Source of the DNA: Phoronis australis
Taxonomy: Eukaryota; Animalia; Phoronida
Assembly (NCBI GenBank): GCA_002633005.1
Contig: NMRA01000208.1
Coordinates: forward strand, 411,606 to 475,605
DNA length: 64,000 nucleotides
Reading direction: 5' to 3'
Shown: in pieces, positions 22,601 through 35,540 of the stretch
Numbering within the stretch: the stretch's first letter is position 1
How the letters are laid out: every line of letters starts with the position of its first letter
The notes under the pieces: generated by a model
Seen by the model: the letters and a program-made list of their open reading frames with translations, nothing else
Database searches by the model: none
What the model was told of the DNA's origin: nothing
Position numbers and translations under genes: made by a program

Positions 22601-25600
22601 TTTAACGTTAACTGTTGGTTAATGCATTTTGAAAATTCGCCAGTATGTACAGGCAGAGGTGTTTACTACAGTTTATGGTCGGGTAATTACACTTAATTGG
22701 GTCTTGCTCGCACCGGACAATGCAGTCATCACAACTGAGTCCGACTCTGGCGCCGCGATCTCTTTGATCCCAGTACAAGCCGCTCACAAGGAAGAGCGGT
22801 GAAAAGTCACGCATATCTTTAGAAATGCGTGACTTTCGTGTAAGCGTATTATTCACGGCACGGTCAACATAATTTGAACATACTAATGAAAAGTTGTCAT
22901 GGTTCCCTCATTGACATTTTGAGGAAATTACATGAAATCGCGCCAATGCTGCTGATGAACAAAAAGTCTAAGGGACACAAATCTTACACTAGAAATTTCA
23001 CTGGATATTATTACCATGCTACATTTTGCATCGTTCACGGTCATACGCTTCAGTCAGTCTCATGTTGGCTCTTGTCTAACGTGTATGACATCCACTGAAA
23101 TACTTTATGGTTATCGCTCATGTTGAAAAAACAAGTGACCAAAAAAGTGGAGGTGGAATTCTTCACCAGTCATTCTCATTCTCATAGACATTGTCAAGTT
23201 GGTCTAGTGTCAGACAATTTCTCAAGAAACAAAACAGAACAAGCTATCTATATAATATATATATTACCTCTGAAACACACACACACACACAACACAAACT
23301 CATAATAATGATTGCCGATACGAGAATTGCTATAGTTCACAAGGGTCTCAGTGTCTCTTTATGGTCTTACACGTGCCACAACTTTGGCTTCTCAGCACCA
23401 TGCAGAGATTTTCACTGCTTGACAAATATTATGCCGCCCAGCTTGACCAGCCTCTTGCGGACAAATATTACGCTGCCCAGCTTGACCAGCCTCCTACACC
23501 CATGGTTCAGCTGCGTGGTGATAAAACTTAAGAGTCACGTGTTCCAAAGCGTTTTGACTGGTATATGAGCACCATGTGGTTCATTGAAATATAAAGTAAG
23601 AGCGTGGCAAAGCACAACTGCTCTCCGCTCAAACTATCGGTAGACTGCCCAGTAACACGTGTATACCAGCATAATCGTGACAGCTACCTGCACTTGCAAA
23701 ATGAGCATATTTGTATAACAATACAAAGGGGTTGGCTCTGCATAGACCAACTAACAACAGCAATCTCTTGATATTCAAATCATATACAAGTCAGACCAAA
23801 TTGTGACAGACATGGTAGAATTGAGTTGAACCAGAAGGGATTGCTGAAGAAATTAAGCAATTTTTTAGGTGACAATTTTAAGTGTAAAATGTATTTTTGA
23901 CAAGGTGAAAACCTCTTATTTGGCGACCGGATTTGAAATTAACACAGCGACGGATGGGGAGTGTTGTAGCCCTTTAGATATTCAACCGAGGGCTACGTGT
24001 TGCTCACTTCACTCTTGGCTTTGGAATGAGTGATGCAGAATCCACACTGTTTGTGTGTACACTCACACACACACCAGTGGTAACTCTACAATGAAATTAT
24101 TGATAATTTTCAGGTGTATACACATTTTACATGCATCATTACCCAGCTGTGTTTTGATGCTACTAGTACTTTCCATACAGTTTGCTGGCCACATAATTAC
24201 ATCAACTGGACACACTATAGTATGTATACCACACCTGTTTTGGCAGCCACACCACTCAGAGCATGTTTTAACAACACCCTGTTAGACAAAAGGTATTGCC
24301 ACCGCTCAGAGCATGTTTTAACAACACCCTGTTAGACAAAAGGTATTGCCACCGCTCAGAGCATGTTTTAACAACACCCTGTTAGACAAAAGGTATTGCC
24401 ACCGCTCAGAGCATGTTTTAACAACACCCTGTTAGACAAAAGATATTGCCACCGCTCAGAGCATGTTTTAGCAACACCCTGTTAGACAAAAGGTATTGCC
24501 ACATCTCGGCATGCATCTTTGAAAGTTCATTATTGTTCGTAAAACACGTGGCACATAAATGCAAGAAACATTGTGAAATGTAGCTCACGATCTGAGAGGC
24601 TAGTTGATCGAAGTTCCCTTGATGGGGTGCTGTTTAACTGCTTAATTGTTAGGAATAACTTCAATTGTAACATTTTGAAACATGGTAGATAATTGAGGAA
24701 TGCTTAACAATTACAGACCTGATTGATATCAGTAAAATTTCTTCAGTTTGGGACAGCATATGATGGATAAATTGCATTTTGTCAAGTTTCTCAACACAAA
24801 ATAACTTTTCAGGAGAAAATACTTTGCTTTAAGCTTGGTTTGTATAATCTAGCTATTACCCAACAGCATTTGTTAAAATTTTGAGCATTTGTAACAATGT
24901 GGTAAGCCTCTGAAAATATGTAAAATTCAGCAATTTTTGTATCGAATTGAAGAATTTTCACGGTAATTTGAAAACTGTTATCATCTGGAAAAGTCATTAA
25001 ACGGGAGATGTAATGTATAAATGTATACAAGGTATTTCATTTTCCTTTTCAGCTTCCCAAACTTCCAGGGAAAACCATGAATGGAAAGTTGCTACGACGG
25101 CCACGTGCAAACAAGAAAGTTAAAACAAACGATGATTCCACTCAAGAAAAGTCTGTTGATCCCACTAGTTTACTGACCCATTACCGTGAGAGAGGGGCGC
25201 AATATTCCCCCATAAATAGTATAGGTGCTCCATCATCTCCCCCTCCTTCAGAGATCTCATATGGGGTCCATCCAGATTTCCCGGAGTCTCCAAAAACTAA
25301 GCAAGTTTTACCAAAACCATTCATTACAAAAGACAACAAACGCTATGTTATTGATGAAAGCTTAATGCAACAACGCCATGTTCACCCTCAGACTCAAGGG
25401 GGACACAACTTGTTGCAGCCTCACAAACCTCGCGGCCCCGATGGCATGACGGTAACCATTCCGCCAAAGAAACACCAGGAAAGGACTGCAGACATGTTTG
25501 AGGAGGACCACCTGAGGTACTACTCCTCTCCTGAATTCACGTTGAAACATTTCATCATCCGCCTGTCAGAGGTTGAAAAGTTAGACATTGACAAGGTCCA

Positions 25601-28600
25601 ATCTGTGATGTATTCAAAGCAGAATTATAAGAAGCTAACCAGGCTGATTGCTGAACAGTGCCTTCATAAAAAGGATAATGTATTGAAAGTCAACAACATG
25701 GACTCTTCAAGTGAGTTGTTGCTGGGAGTGGGTTTGCATAAGGACAAATCTGTTGTGCTTGAGTACGGTAACATCTCGCCAATGTTGGACAAAACTGGTT
25801 GTCAAAATTGCACTTTTTTATTTTTCATGGGCGATATCTAACATTGTTGTGAATGCACACAATTTTTCAAAATATTGTCTGTCAGTAGCTGTGGTACACA
25901 ACTGGGATATGACAAAGCATCATTCTGGTAGTGTATAACATTTGTGAAAAAACTAGAAAATAAAATTTCACATGTCAGCCATATTGTGTCCTAGATTGGT
26001 GAGATTATACCGCTACTACCCTATTCCAATCATCTATTGGAAAGTGTAAGACAGTTCTTGGCAATTAAAATGCATTTGTTTTAAAAAATGAAATTAAAGA
26101 CGAATTTGCATACTTCTAACTATGCTAATGTATAGCAGGAACTAAATGACAATGCTATTTCAGCATGATCTGTGCTAAATAAAGTGCAATTGCAATTTCA
26201 TTGACAATTTGTAAACGTGAAATCAAAAGTTTTACAAATAGGTGACCTTTGCACTAATGACACACCTCGCGGGCTGACATAGCCTGCATCATGCAGTGTT
26301 ATTCCCCGGCAACTCGAAATGATAGTTACTGGACACGGTTGCGTGATTTGTAGCTGATCATTTTCACCACAAAACTTTTTCTTAAAAACATTTGGTGATT
26401 TGCAAACCACTTCATATTCATGTCGTTGCTATATGTTGTGTTTATATTAAGTAAGTTTGCCAAGCAGCACAGAGATAAGTAATTAGCTTGCAATTTCCAC
26501 TTTAAACTGATCAATGCTGAGCACTGCTATCTATGAAAGCCCTTATTTCATTCAAGAAGATAAGATTTTGATGTTCACTGTCTGTCAACAAACACAAGAT
26601 TTAAAGTTGACTCTTGATAAGTGATGGTCTACACTCCGAACCACTGTGATATACTGACCTCTTAATTTCTTAACTTTGTAGTTTTACCCTTTTAGTTAAA
26701 GTTGTAGATAACTACGACTAAATTTTAGGGGGAACAAAAAACAGCTTTAATTGGCTTACATGGTTATCTGAGGTTATTTTAACAATTTGCAGTCTGTGGA
26801 TCATTTTCACCAAAAACCTGTTATTAAAATCACTTACCACTGTTCAAGTTGCTTTATGCTCATATGCCATTATTATTGTAGTATGTTGTGGTTCTAACTC
26901 ATGGCCGAATAATCTCAAATAATTAGCCTGCAGATTCCACTTTAAAGTCCATATGCTGTAATTCCTCTGTTATTGCCAATAGCAACAAAATGCCTCATTT
27001 TGAATTGTAAAATTATTACCCTACTGTGAGCCACTTTCTCGTACAAGTTTTACTCATTCCACATGGATTTCCTGTGCCGAGAATGGTTTGTGCAAAACAG
27101 AGTCGAATGACATTTTACAAGTCAGGTCAAGTCTAAAAGTATTACACAAACCTCCCGTTTCAGCTCCGAATGACAGCAGGCCACAACTCCAGTTGTTAAA
27201 CATTTCCGTGGTCTTTTGGCTGGTATCACTCACACAGGTGGCTGCTGACTGCCAAGACTGTTGCTAAATCCAAATGGAATTATGATACCTTAATCTCCCG
27301 CAACATAACACATCTATTTTGGCTAATTTTTATTGTATGTCAGTCTGTAAAAATGATCCTAAACTAGATTTCTCTTAAGGAATCCAGTTCCAGAAACTAC
27401 AGTGTGTAAATGCTCACCAGTTTTTAGTTCTCGTAACAAAAATTCTATCCAAAAAGGTTCGACCTTTGATGATCAACAGGTTAATTTTGTGATCACAGCG
27501 ACTCGGTATCTATTGATGATGTACAGGCTGCTGTGAGACTAACAGGGTTTCTAATGAAATCAGTGTGTGACATTTTGTTATCTTTCAGCTATTACGCCAG
27601 TCTCCAGTCGTGTTCCGCAGAAACAGCTGCTGCTAGAGATGGCAGCACTTGTCAAGGAGCAGATGAAGACGTTGATGAACACCAATGTAAAGGCTGTGAT
27701 CAAATCCTTACCAAAGTACTCTCCAACTTATCCATTAGGTAAGCTGTTTCAGTGTTGTGCAACTTTAAGGTTTGAAAATTGTAGAGTTGTGCATGTTAGA
27801 TGATATAGTGTAACTGATACATGGCCAAGCATGAGTAAAATCTTCCTCTAGAATTCAACTGCTTTTGTTCTGTTATGCAAAAGGGAGACACATCAGTGGC
27901 TTGAATATCTCAATGTTCAAATGTCCAGGCTAAATCAATTGACTGACAAATTTTGCAAGAACTTCAAACTTGTAAAAGTATGCCCAATATACCCCAAAGA
28001 TTAGTTATATTTTTCTCTGAATTCTCTCTTGAAATTGAACGTCTTGCATGTAGCGATGGTTAGATAGATAGCTCAACATGTATCTCTGTTGACCTACTGT
28101 GTTTGCTAATGCAGGTGCTGCACCACACACAGAGATTGTGTTGTATGAAGAACCTACTGAAACATCAGTATACCGTGATATTGAGTCAGAGAAAGCTCAG
28201 TACATTAAAGTACCAAGGTAACACAGCGCAAAGTTATTGTTTAATTTCTAGGCTATTGGTTTGGAGCATTTCAGTTTCACAAACATTTATTGCCTCATGA
28301 AGTTCAAAATATTACAGTTTAGACTAACGTATTGAGAAATTAGCTGTTTGTAATCGTGTGGCATTAATAATTTAAAATTTTGTTTGAAATCGACTGTTAA
28401 CATTTAAATTTTATGAATCGTCGTTTTACGTAAGAATTTCCTGGAAATATTCAGGTTTAGATATGCATGACTGGATATAAGTGAGCAAATGCTTGAAAAG
28501 TCGAATATGAACAGAAAATTGGCCTCTCTCCTATCTCTCATACAAGTGCCGAGCACATGCTTGGCATTTTTTGGTCGCCATTTTTGATGAGCACGAATCC

Positions 28601-31600
28601 AGGAATACCAGTGGCAGATGTGCCATCGCTCGTATTTTCGTGCTGACGCTTTCACCTGTGTCGAGCACTGGATATATGTGTGCATACAGTCGCATTGCTC
28701 AACATTTATCTTTCCATTTTGAATCCCAATAATTTGTTTTCATTTCAGGGGTGTGTCCACAAAAGACAGGGGACTTGGTGGGGAGCAGGAGCCTGGGCAG
28801 ATGATTGAGTCACAGTTTGTGACCCCACGATCACAAGAAGAGGGGCCTGAAGACAAGATGACTAAGAAGTTTGAGACAGCCCTATCTCTGTTTCAGACCT
28901 CCAGTAGTAAACAGTTCCAAGGCACAGGCCGGTCATTCTCACCATTTTGTAAGTGTTTTCTCATGAATTTGTGGCACTCACTATTTGAGAATTTTATATA
29001 CCCCAATTTCTGACCTCTTGCTGCTATAAAATTCAGCTTTTGAATAGCCAAGGTTGAAAGTGATTTTCACACTTTAGACTGAACTTACAGTATACCATGA
29101 CCTGCATAAGCTGCGACATTTTTATGTCAAACCCAATATGTCTGTTGATTACTGCTTACCTACTAGGTGACCTTCCTGGTGTATAATTCAGAGTTGGCTT
29201 TAAAGGTTGCTAGGTTGTGCATTTTCTATTACCCATGTGAAGTATTGACTTATTCTCATGGAGTGCATTTACAAATAACTAGACCAAGTGATTTATCCGA
29301 GTGGTGCACACGTTTCAAAGTACACACAGCGCCTTTTACAATGCTTTGAGGATAGCCTCATCACATTGTTTCCTGAATTTGCTATGTATGACCTCTTTAT
29401 GGCGTTATTGAAACTTTTGTTATCCTGTGTTATTTCTTTTTCTCATTACTCACAATTTCACACTTTTTTCTAACCATCTTGTCTCAGATACCCACTATCC
29501 TGTGTTTGAACAGCCTGGTAAGACATTTCGCAGCGTCTGCTTTCATGTTTCCTGTTTCATCTTCATTAAGTATTGCTGTGTGGAAAGGGTTTGCTTTGTT
29601 GTGTTGGCAGCTTAATTCAGTTTGATAATTTGTTTAGTGCCTGGTAAAAGACTATTAGAAATACTTTTACATTGAGATAGATACAAATCAAAAGATGCAG
29701 TCATTCCTAATCACTAACTTATACCCTCCCTAGGAAATTCAAAGTAAAGTCTGAGTATTGAACATGTAATCTGTGGCTTGGTTTATGTACAGGGTGACCC
29801 AAGAACGTTACGTTTTATGTACAGGGTGACCCAAGAACGTTACGTTTTTGCTTCTTATGTATGATTATATTTCTAAACCAAATCACTTTCAAATTCTACG
29901 CATCTAAAATCACTGCAATTGAATTCCCCCCATCGGTACACAGCTATAGTGAGGAGATTGTGATCTTCACTGGTGTGTTGGTGCATGACGTTCGTGAACA
30001 ATCAGACAAAAATGCACCATTGTTTGCAAACTATGTTATTGATTAGATCTAGCATGTCTGTCAGCATTACTGGTAAACAATGCAACAACCACTTAGCATT
30101 GGAAGATTGTCATATTCTTTGCTAGTGTAAAAATCTGTGAAAAGCTGTTAAAACAAAAGAAACCCACCCAAAATTAGCATTTTTCTTGTATTGATGTGAC
30201 GTTCGAGTTCAGTGTAGCAGAAGTCCTGAAACCAAAAGTCATAAAACACCTGACCTGGGGGGTATTTTGTTCATGCAGGATTGCATATGATTATTACAGA
30301 GCTAGAAGGTTAACCCCCTCTCATCAGCATTCGTGGTTATGTACTTGGAGAGTATGGAATTTCTACAAAGTTACAAAACATTAAATTTGATTCAGTATTG
30401 TTTTATTGTTTGTTATTGCATTGTCTAAAGTTCATCAAGCTCCATCATTTTAATGCTAGTATACTCGCAGACAGTGAGCTATTGTTATTGATTACTTGAC
30501 TACATTTGTCCAAGACCATGTTGTTGATTTTTGCTACTTAGACTGTTTTCATGGACATGGTCTTTCAAATATCCGCATCACTAGAAATCAAGTGGATTCA
30601 AATTGAGACAGTGTACGGCCAGCTCAATGCCAGATCATTATTGTCTTTCTCCTGAAATATCTGTCCCAAAGTGCATCAGTTGTCACATTAGCTGTATGAA
30701 GGGGTGAACCTCAACCTGCTGTATGAAGGGGTGGCCCCAACCTGCGGCATGAAGGGATGGCCCCAACCTGCTGTATGAAGGGATGAGCCCCAACGTGCTA
30801 TATGAAGGGGTGGCCCCAACCTGTTGTATGAAGGGGTGGCCCCAACCTGCTGTATGAAGGGATGAGCCCCAACGTGCTATATGAAGGGGTGGCCCCAACC
30901 TGTTGTATGAAGGGATGAGCCCCAACCTGCTGTATGAAGGGGTGGCCCCAACCTGTTGTATGAAGGGGTGGCCCCAACCTGCTGTATGAAGGGGTGGCCC
31001 CAACCTGCTGTATGAAGGGATGAGCCCCAACGTGCTATATGAAGGGGTGGCCCCAACCTGCTGTATGAAGGGGTGAGCCCCAACCTGCTGCATGAAGGGG
31101 TGGCCCCAACCTGCTGTATGAAGGGGTGGCCCCAACCTGCTGTATGAAGGGGTGAGCCCCAACCTGTTGTATGAAGGGGTGAGCCCCAACCTGCTGTATG
31201 AAGGGGTGGCCCCAACCTGCTGTATGAAGGGGTGGCCCCAACCTGCTGTATGAAGAGGTGGCCCCAACCTGCTGTATGAAGGGGTGAGCCCTAACCTGCT
31301 GAAAGGACTGCTGATCCATTCTAACACCACTCTTTCTCCCAAAATCTCCAAAGCTTGTCAAGTATAACAGTCACAAAAGTGACCAATGCTGGATGCCAAT
31401 TATAGTTTCCTGGAACAACCGATGGGACAATAATGCCATGTTTCAATATGGCTGCCAATGAAAGCTTTCTGAAGTGCAAAGACCTCTGTAACACATAATT
31501 GGGAGACAGTGTTCTTCGTGTTAGGGCCCAGAAGTGCTTCTTGCAAAGTGGGATACACATAGAGCAAGTTTTAAGAAGGCAGTGAAGCAGTAAAAATTAA

Positions 31601-34600
31601 AACCAACATCACATGTTACACTTCCCCACATCCTTCCAATACAGTGAGAGGTTCAGAGGTTCAGATCCCTTGCACCTTCAGTGGGGAGGTTGGGATAATT
31701 ATTTGCATGACTTAACTATGTTGTTGGTGCTCTGTTATGTCAAATTATGTATTTTTTATATTTTTATTTAAAGAATCATGTTTTTGTTGTTTCTGGTATT
31801 GCAGTTGACTCATCTACTATTGCATCACATGAAATGGCAGTTTTGGACTCTATTATCTGTGGTGGATTGGCCTTGAGTCTGAAGGTAGGCATACGTTTGG
31901 TATAAGATTTGTATACAGTGATGCAGGTAATACATTTACATGAATAATGTTTTGATGTCTGCCACATTTACTTTCTGTAGAATGACTTGCAACAAGTTGA
32001 AACTTTAGTATTAATAGATTGTGGCAGGAGTTCTGTGCATGGCTTTTGTTCAGTGGTTTTGATTGGCTGTTGTGTAATGTCAAGGGAGATAATAATGCTC
32101 AACTTAATAAATCCCTTTGCTTTTATGTGGTTGTAGTGTACACTGTGAGAGTGTCCTAGGGACTCGATTCTTGTTTATTGTACTGCAATGTTTTAAGTAA
32201 TGGCTGTGAAGTTTTTGTATACACTGAGATAATTTACCCACCTGTGCATCAGTTTCACGAGTGTATATTCCCAGTTGTGTACCTGAGCAACACGTCATAT
32301 TAATCAAATGAATTTTTTAAGTAATATCTAATATTCTTTTTAGGCAGTTTATAAAAATAACCGTCAAACTATCAGTTGTGTCACTTTCCTTTAATTGAAG
32401 TTTTGCTGTTCCATTTTGTTGCCAGGCACACTTCATTGACCTCTTGCCAGACATCAGCGCTCTCTCTAGTTCTCTTGTTTACATCAACCTCAGCTTTAAC
32501 TGTTTCACAGTAAGTACTTACCAGACTGTCAACAGGCCCCGAGTTTGATTTTTGGCTTTACCAAGATGTTCTGTGTAACTTGTTATAGCTTGTGTCTTAG
32601 AAATCCATTGTTGAAGTTTTCAGGTGTATAAACATTGGCTTGTTAGGGAGAAACAAAGAACACTTTGGAAGTTGGTTTAGAATTCTGTAGAACCCTAGAA
32701 AAACGTCCAAATTTGTCCATCTTCGAAACGTCGTATCTGAAATGAAGCTTTCACATTCTATGCTTTATGCACTATTCTCCAAAATATTGTGAGAAATTGT
32801 TTCTAAATGTTTTAATTTTGCACGAACGATTATTACAGGAAATAGAGCTTTTACGATTTTTCAAAAAAATCAACTGTTGCGTGAAATGAAACGAAACGAT
32901 AATTTAGAAAACTTTAATGTAAAGTTACCTTTCGGAGTTATGTAGTTTTAACTCATATTTTAACAGAGTCAGTGACATGAACATTCGTTCTATTGGAAAA
33001 TTGTTTACTGTAACAGCATTTTTGAAATTTGGTAATTATAGTTACTGTTGCTTTGCTATTCTTTTTCACTAAACTTTACTTTAAGGACATGGTCACATGA
33101 TCCAATTAATGAGAGTCTGGTATAAATTTAAAAATCAAATTCTGCAGGCTTTCTACTTTCAGAAGATTCTGAGTTAAATCTGTAACTTTGCAGATATTTT
33201 GCCAAATACGCAGACTTGTTAATAACATCCTACGTAGCCTTAGAACTTTTTTAGTTGCAGGAGATTTAACAGCCAAGGAAAAAAATCTGGTCCCTTGATA
33301 ACACTGGAAGTGATATTGTTATTTCTATGTTGTGATATTTTTACGAATTCTTGTGACTTTTTGCAGGAATTTCCAGCCGAATTGTTTGAGATCAAACAGC
33401 TTCGCGTTCTCAAGTTGCGAGATAACCCAATCAGAGACATACCGCCAGAGATCAGTACCTTCGCTCAACTGAGGACCTTTGTTATCTCGTTCTGCCTCAT
33501 CTCATATCTTCCCAAAGAGTGAGTGGCATTATGTTGCTTTAGCCATATTTGCAAGTTACAGTTTTTTATTTAAATCATTAAATTCGAAAATGAATATTGC
33601 TTTCAAAATAGCAGCTAAATTAGGTCATATAATTACCATTCCTATCTTCAGTTCTTATGCATGTATAACTTTCAGTAATCAATTTACTGATTCCTGTCTG
33701 ACATTTAAAATTGTGAAGGGGTGTCATGTCACACTTCGCGATGGATTTCAAGATGTCAAGTTGCCATCATGTTTCGCCTGGTTGCCACGGATACTTCCCT
33801 TCCGTCCAATCACAATTCTCGTTCATGGTCAAGAATTTGAATTAGCTTCACATTCTATTACAACCCAGGAATACTCATACAACAGAAGTGTTGTTTCATG
33901 GGTCATGAAAAAATCTTGTATACCCTCATTTATATTACCTGAAGAGACATTTGTTTGAAATTTTACTTTCTTATTTTAGATTGCCTGAAGCGTTGTATGG
34001 TAAACTGTTTTCCTTTTCCAGATTATTCCATTTAAAAGAGCTCCGTTTTCTGGATGTATCCTACAACAAGTTGACATTCATTCCTAATGAGATAAAGTAT
34101 CTGAGGTGAGAAATAACAATTATCAAGAAACTGACACTAATTTTACTAGCTGCACTAATAGGACTTTTCTCAAGCACTAAAGTAGTGGTTGAGCATTCGG
34201 ATTCCTGATGTGAGACATGTTTCGTGGCATATTTGTTTTTATTGGCGAATGTTCATTTGATTTTCACTGTCAAACTATTCTGACAGTTTAGTCATTCCTG
34301 TCATTCACACTTCAATGTTAAGGTGTTATCAATCATTCAGAGGAGTATTAGAATTTTTTCATAAAACAAAGTAAGTATTATTGTGTGATTTAAACTGTCG
34401 TCATTTTCTCAGTCACTGAGACAACTGCAGTCATTAAACTATATTTACCACATACATCATTTTTTCTCATCTTCAGAAAGCTTAAAGAGTTCTCCCTGGA
34501 AGGCAACCAAATCCCAGCAATGCCAGCTGGAGCCTTGAAGCTCGACCTGACTGGTCTTCGTATGATAAACACGTTTATGCATCCTCTGTTTTGGAAGGAC

Positions 34601-35540
34601 TACACAAATAATGACACAGCACAGAGACTGACTGATCTGGCGGCACTTGAGTTCGCTCAACAACGGCTAGATGAGCGATATAAAGAGATTCCCAAGGCAG
34701 CACGCGACGTTCTGAAGTTGTGAGTTTAATTTTGAATTGACTCTTTTTGGCACTTCTTTCAAAGTTTTAGGGTTGCCTGTTTGGTTGAGAAGCTTGAGTT
34801 ATTGGTTGCATAACAGAAAGGCCATTCAGACCAAGACAGTTCATGTAATAATTCATCAAATATCTGTGATTTTTAAATTGGTTACCTGTACAAAAACACT
34901 TATTTTTATTATAAATCTTTACAGAAAAAAATGTCATTGTTACATAGTGTCCTGTTAAGTATATGTAACCCATTAGAGACAGACATGCAAAATAGAAAAA
35001 GTACGTAAGCGTCTAGAATATAACTTACACCCAACAGCTCATCTACACTAATGAGACTTCTTGAAGATTGCTTATACAAACGATAGCACTGTACTTTTTA
35101 TATCACTTTTTAATGTATTAAAATACTGCAGTATGAGACACATTTCATGTTGCAATGTTGTAGCGGCAATAGTCAGATATGACGTGTCCATATTTTTAGA
35201 ACCAGTTTGATGCCCGTTATTCAGGGAAGAAAATTTGGTTTGCAAAATTCGGACACGTTATACCTGACAGTTACTGTTGTTGTTATTGTTATTGAGGATG
35301 TGTTACTGGAGGACTGACTTGGTGAATGTTTTCTTTTACAGCCAGGAAATCTGTGACTGCTGCCAGGGGCCCCTTTTTGGTGCCGGTCTCCGCATCATCA
35401 GGCCATGCAGTTCCATATTTGGTGTGAAGAATCTGCCGTTCATGTTCCGCTGTTGCTCAAGGTACTGCATGACAGTGTTCCTCGGCAGTGTTGACTCACT
35501 TAGTGATGTTGTGTATGATGAAGACGACGACCTCACGTGA
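19638..35540 (+). CDS. LRRC63: Leucine-rich repeat-containing protein 63-like, ~671 aa; exons 19638-19670, 25053-25710, 27589-27738, 28115-28217, 28749-28948, 29488-29517, 31805-31884, 32426-32509, 33367-33518, 34022-34105, 34477-34719, 35342-35540
   Basis: Phase-consistent GT-AG chain summing to 2016 nt. N-terminal KLLRRP; ALSLK|AHFIDLLPDIS..LVYINLSFN|EFP..LRVLKLRDNPIRDIP..|LDVSYNKLTFIPNEI|..LEGNQI..FMHPLFW..|CDCCQGPLFGAGLRIIRPC..IFGVKNLPFMFRCCS..C follows the vertebrate LRRC63 layout as recalled. AATAAA at 35851. Middle exons are less certain. Confidence 0.88.
21164..22183. mobile_element. Non-autonomous hAT element, 1020 bp, 8-bp TSD
   Basis: TIR caggccttcat / atgaagccctg; perfect TSD aagctagc at 21156-21163 and 22184-22191; subterminal ggacgccc repeats at both ends. 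A related end fragment lies at ~49035-49114. Confidence 0.9.
22613..22869. mobile_element. Possible solo LTR (TGTTG...CAACA)
   Basis: 5-bp terminal inverted repeat, near-TSD taac/taat, GC-richer than the flanks, two internal hairpins (22780-22799, 22803-22836). Confidence 0.4.
24251..24502. repeat. 50-bp tandem repeat, 5 copies
   Basis: accgctcagagcatgttttaacaacaccctgttagacaaaaggtattgcc with exact period 50 (gttagacaaa at 24281, 24331, 24381, 24431, 24481). Confidence 0.95.
30691..31303. repeat. 26/27-bp GC-rich minisatellite, ~23 copies, in an LRRC63 intron
   Basis: gccccaacctgctgtatgaaggggtg with gggatgagcccc and aacgtgctatatg variants. Confidence 0.95.
32660..33215 (+). repeat. Interspersed repeat, related to 9370-9860
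   Basis: Shared colinear blocks (see the 9370 entry). Confidence 0.55.

Noticed and set aside
25711-25841. C-terminal part of the 254-aa ORF 25077-25841
   Set aside because: Read-through past the donor at 25710/1 (A|gtgagt); the phase-matched next exon is at 27589.
30542-30606. Extra LRRC63 exon after acceptor ctacttag
   Set aside because: The phase-1 frame hits TGA after 21 codons and no good phase-1 donor is present.
30683-31361. 222-aa and other repetitive minus-strand ORFs
   Set aside because: They come from the 26/27-bp minisatellite and cycle through the same three frames; no splice or domain support.
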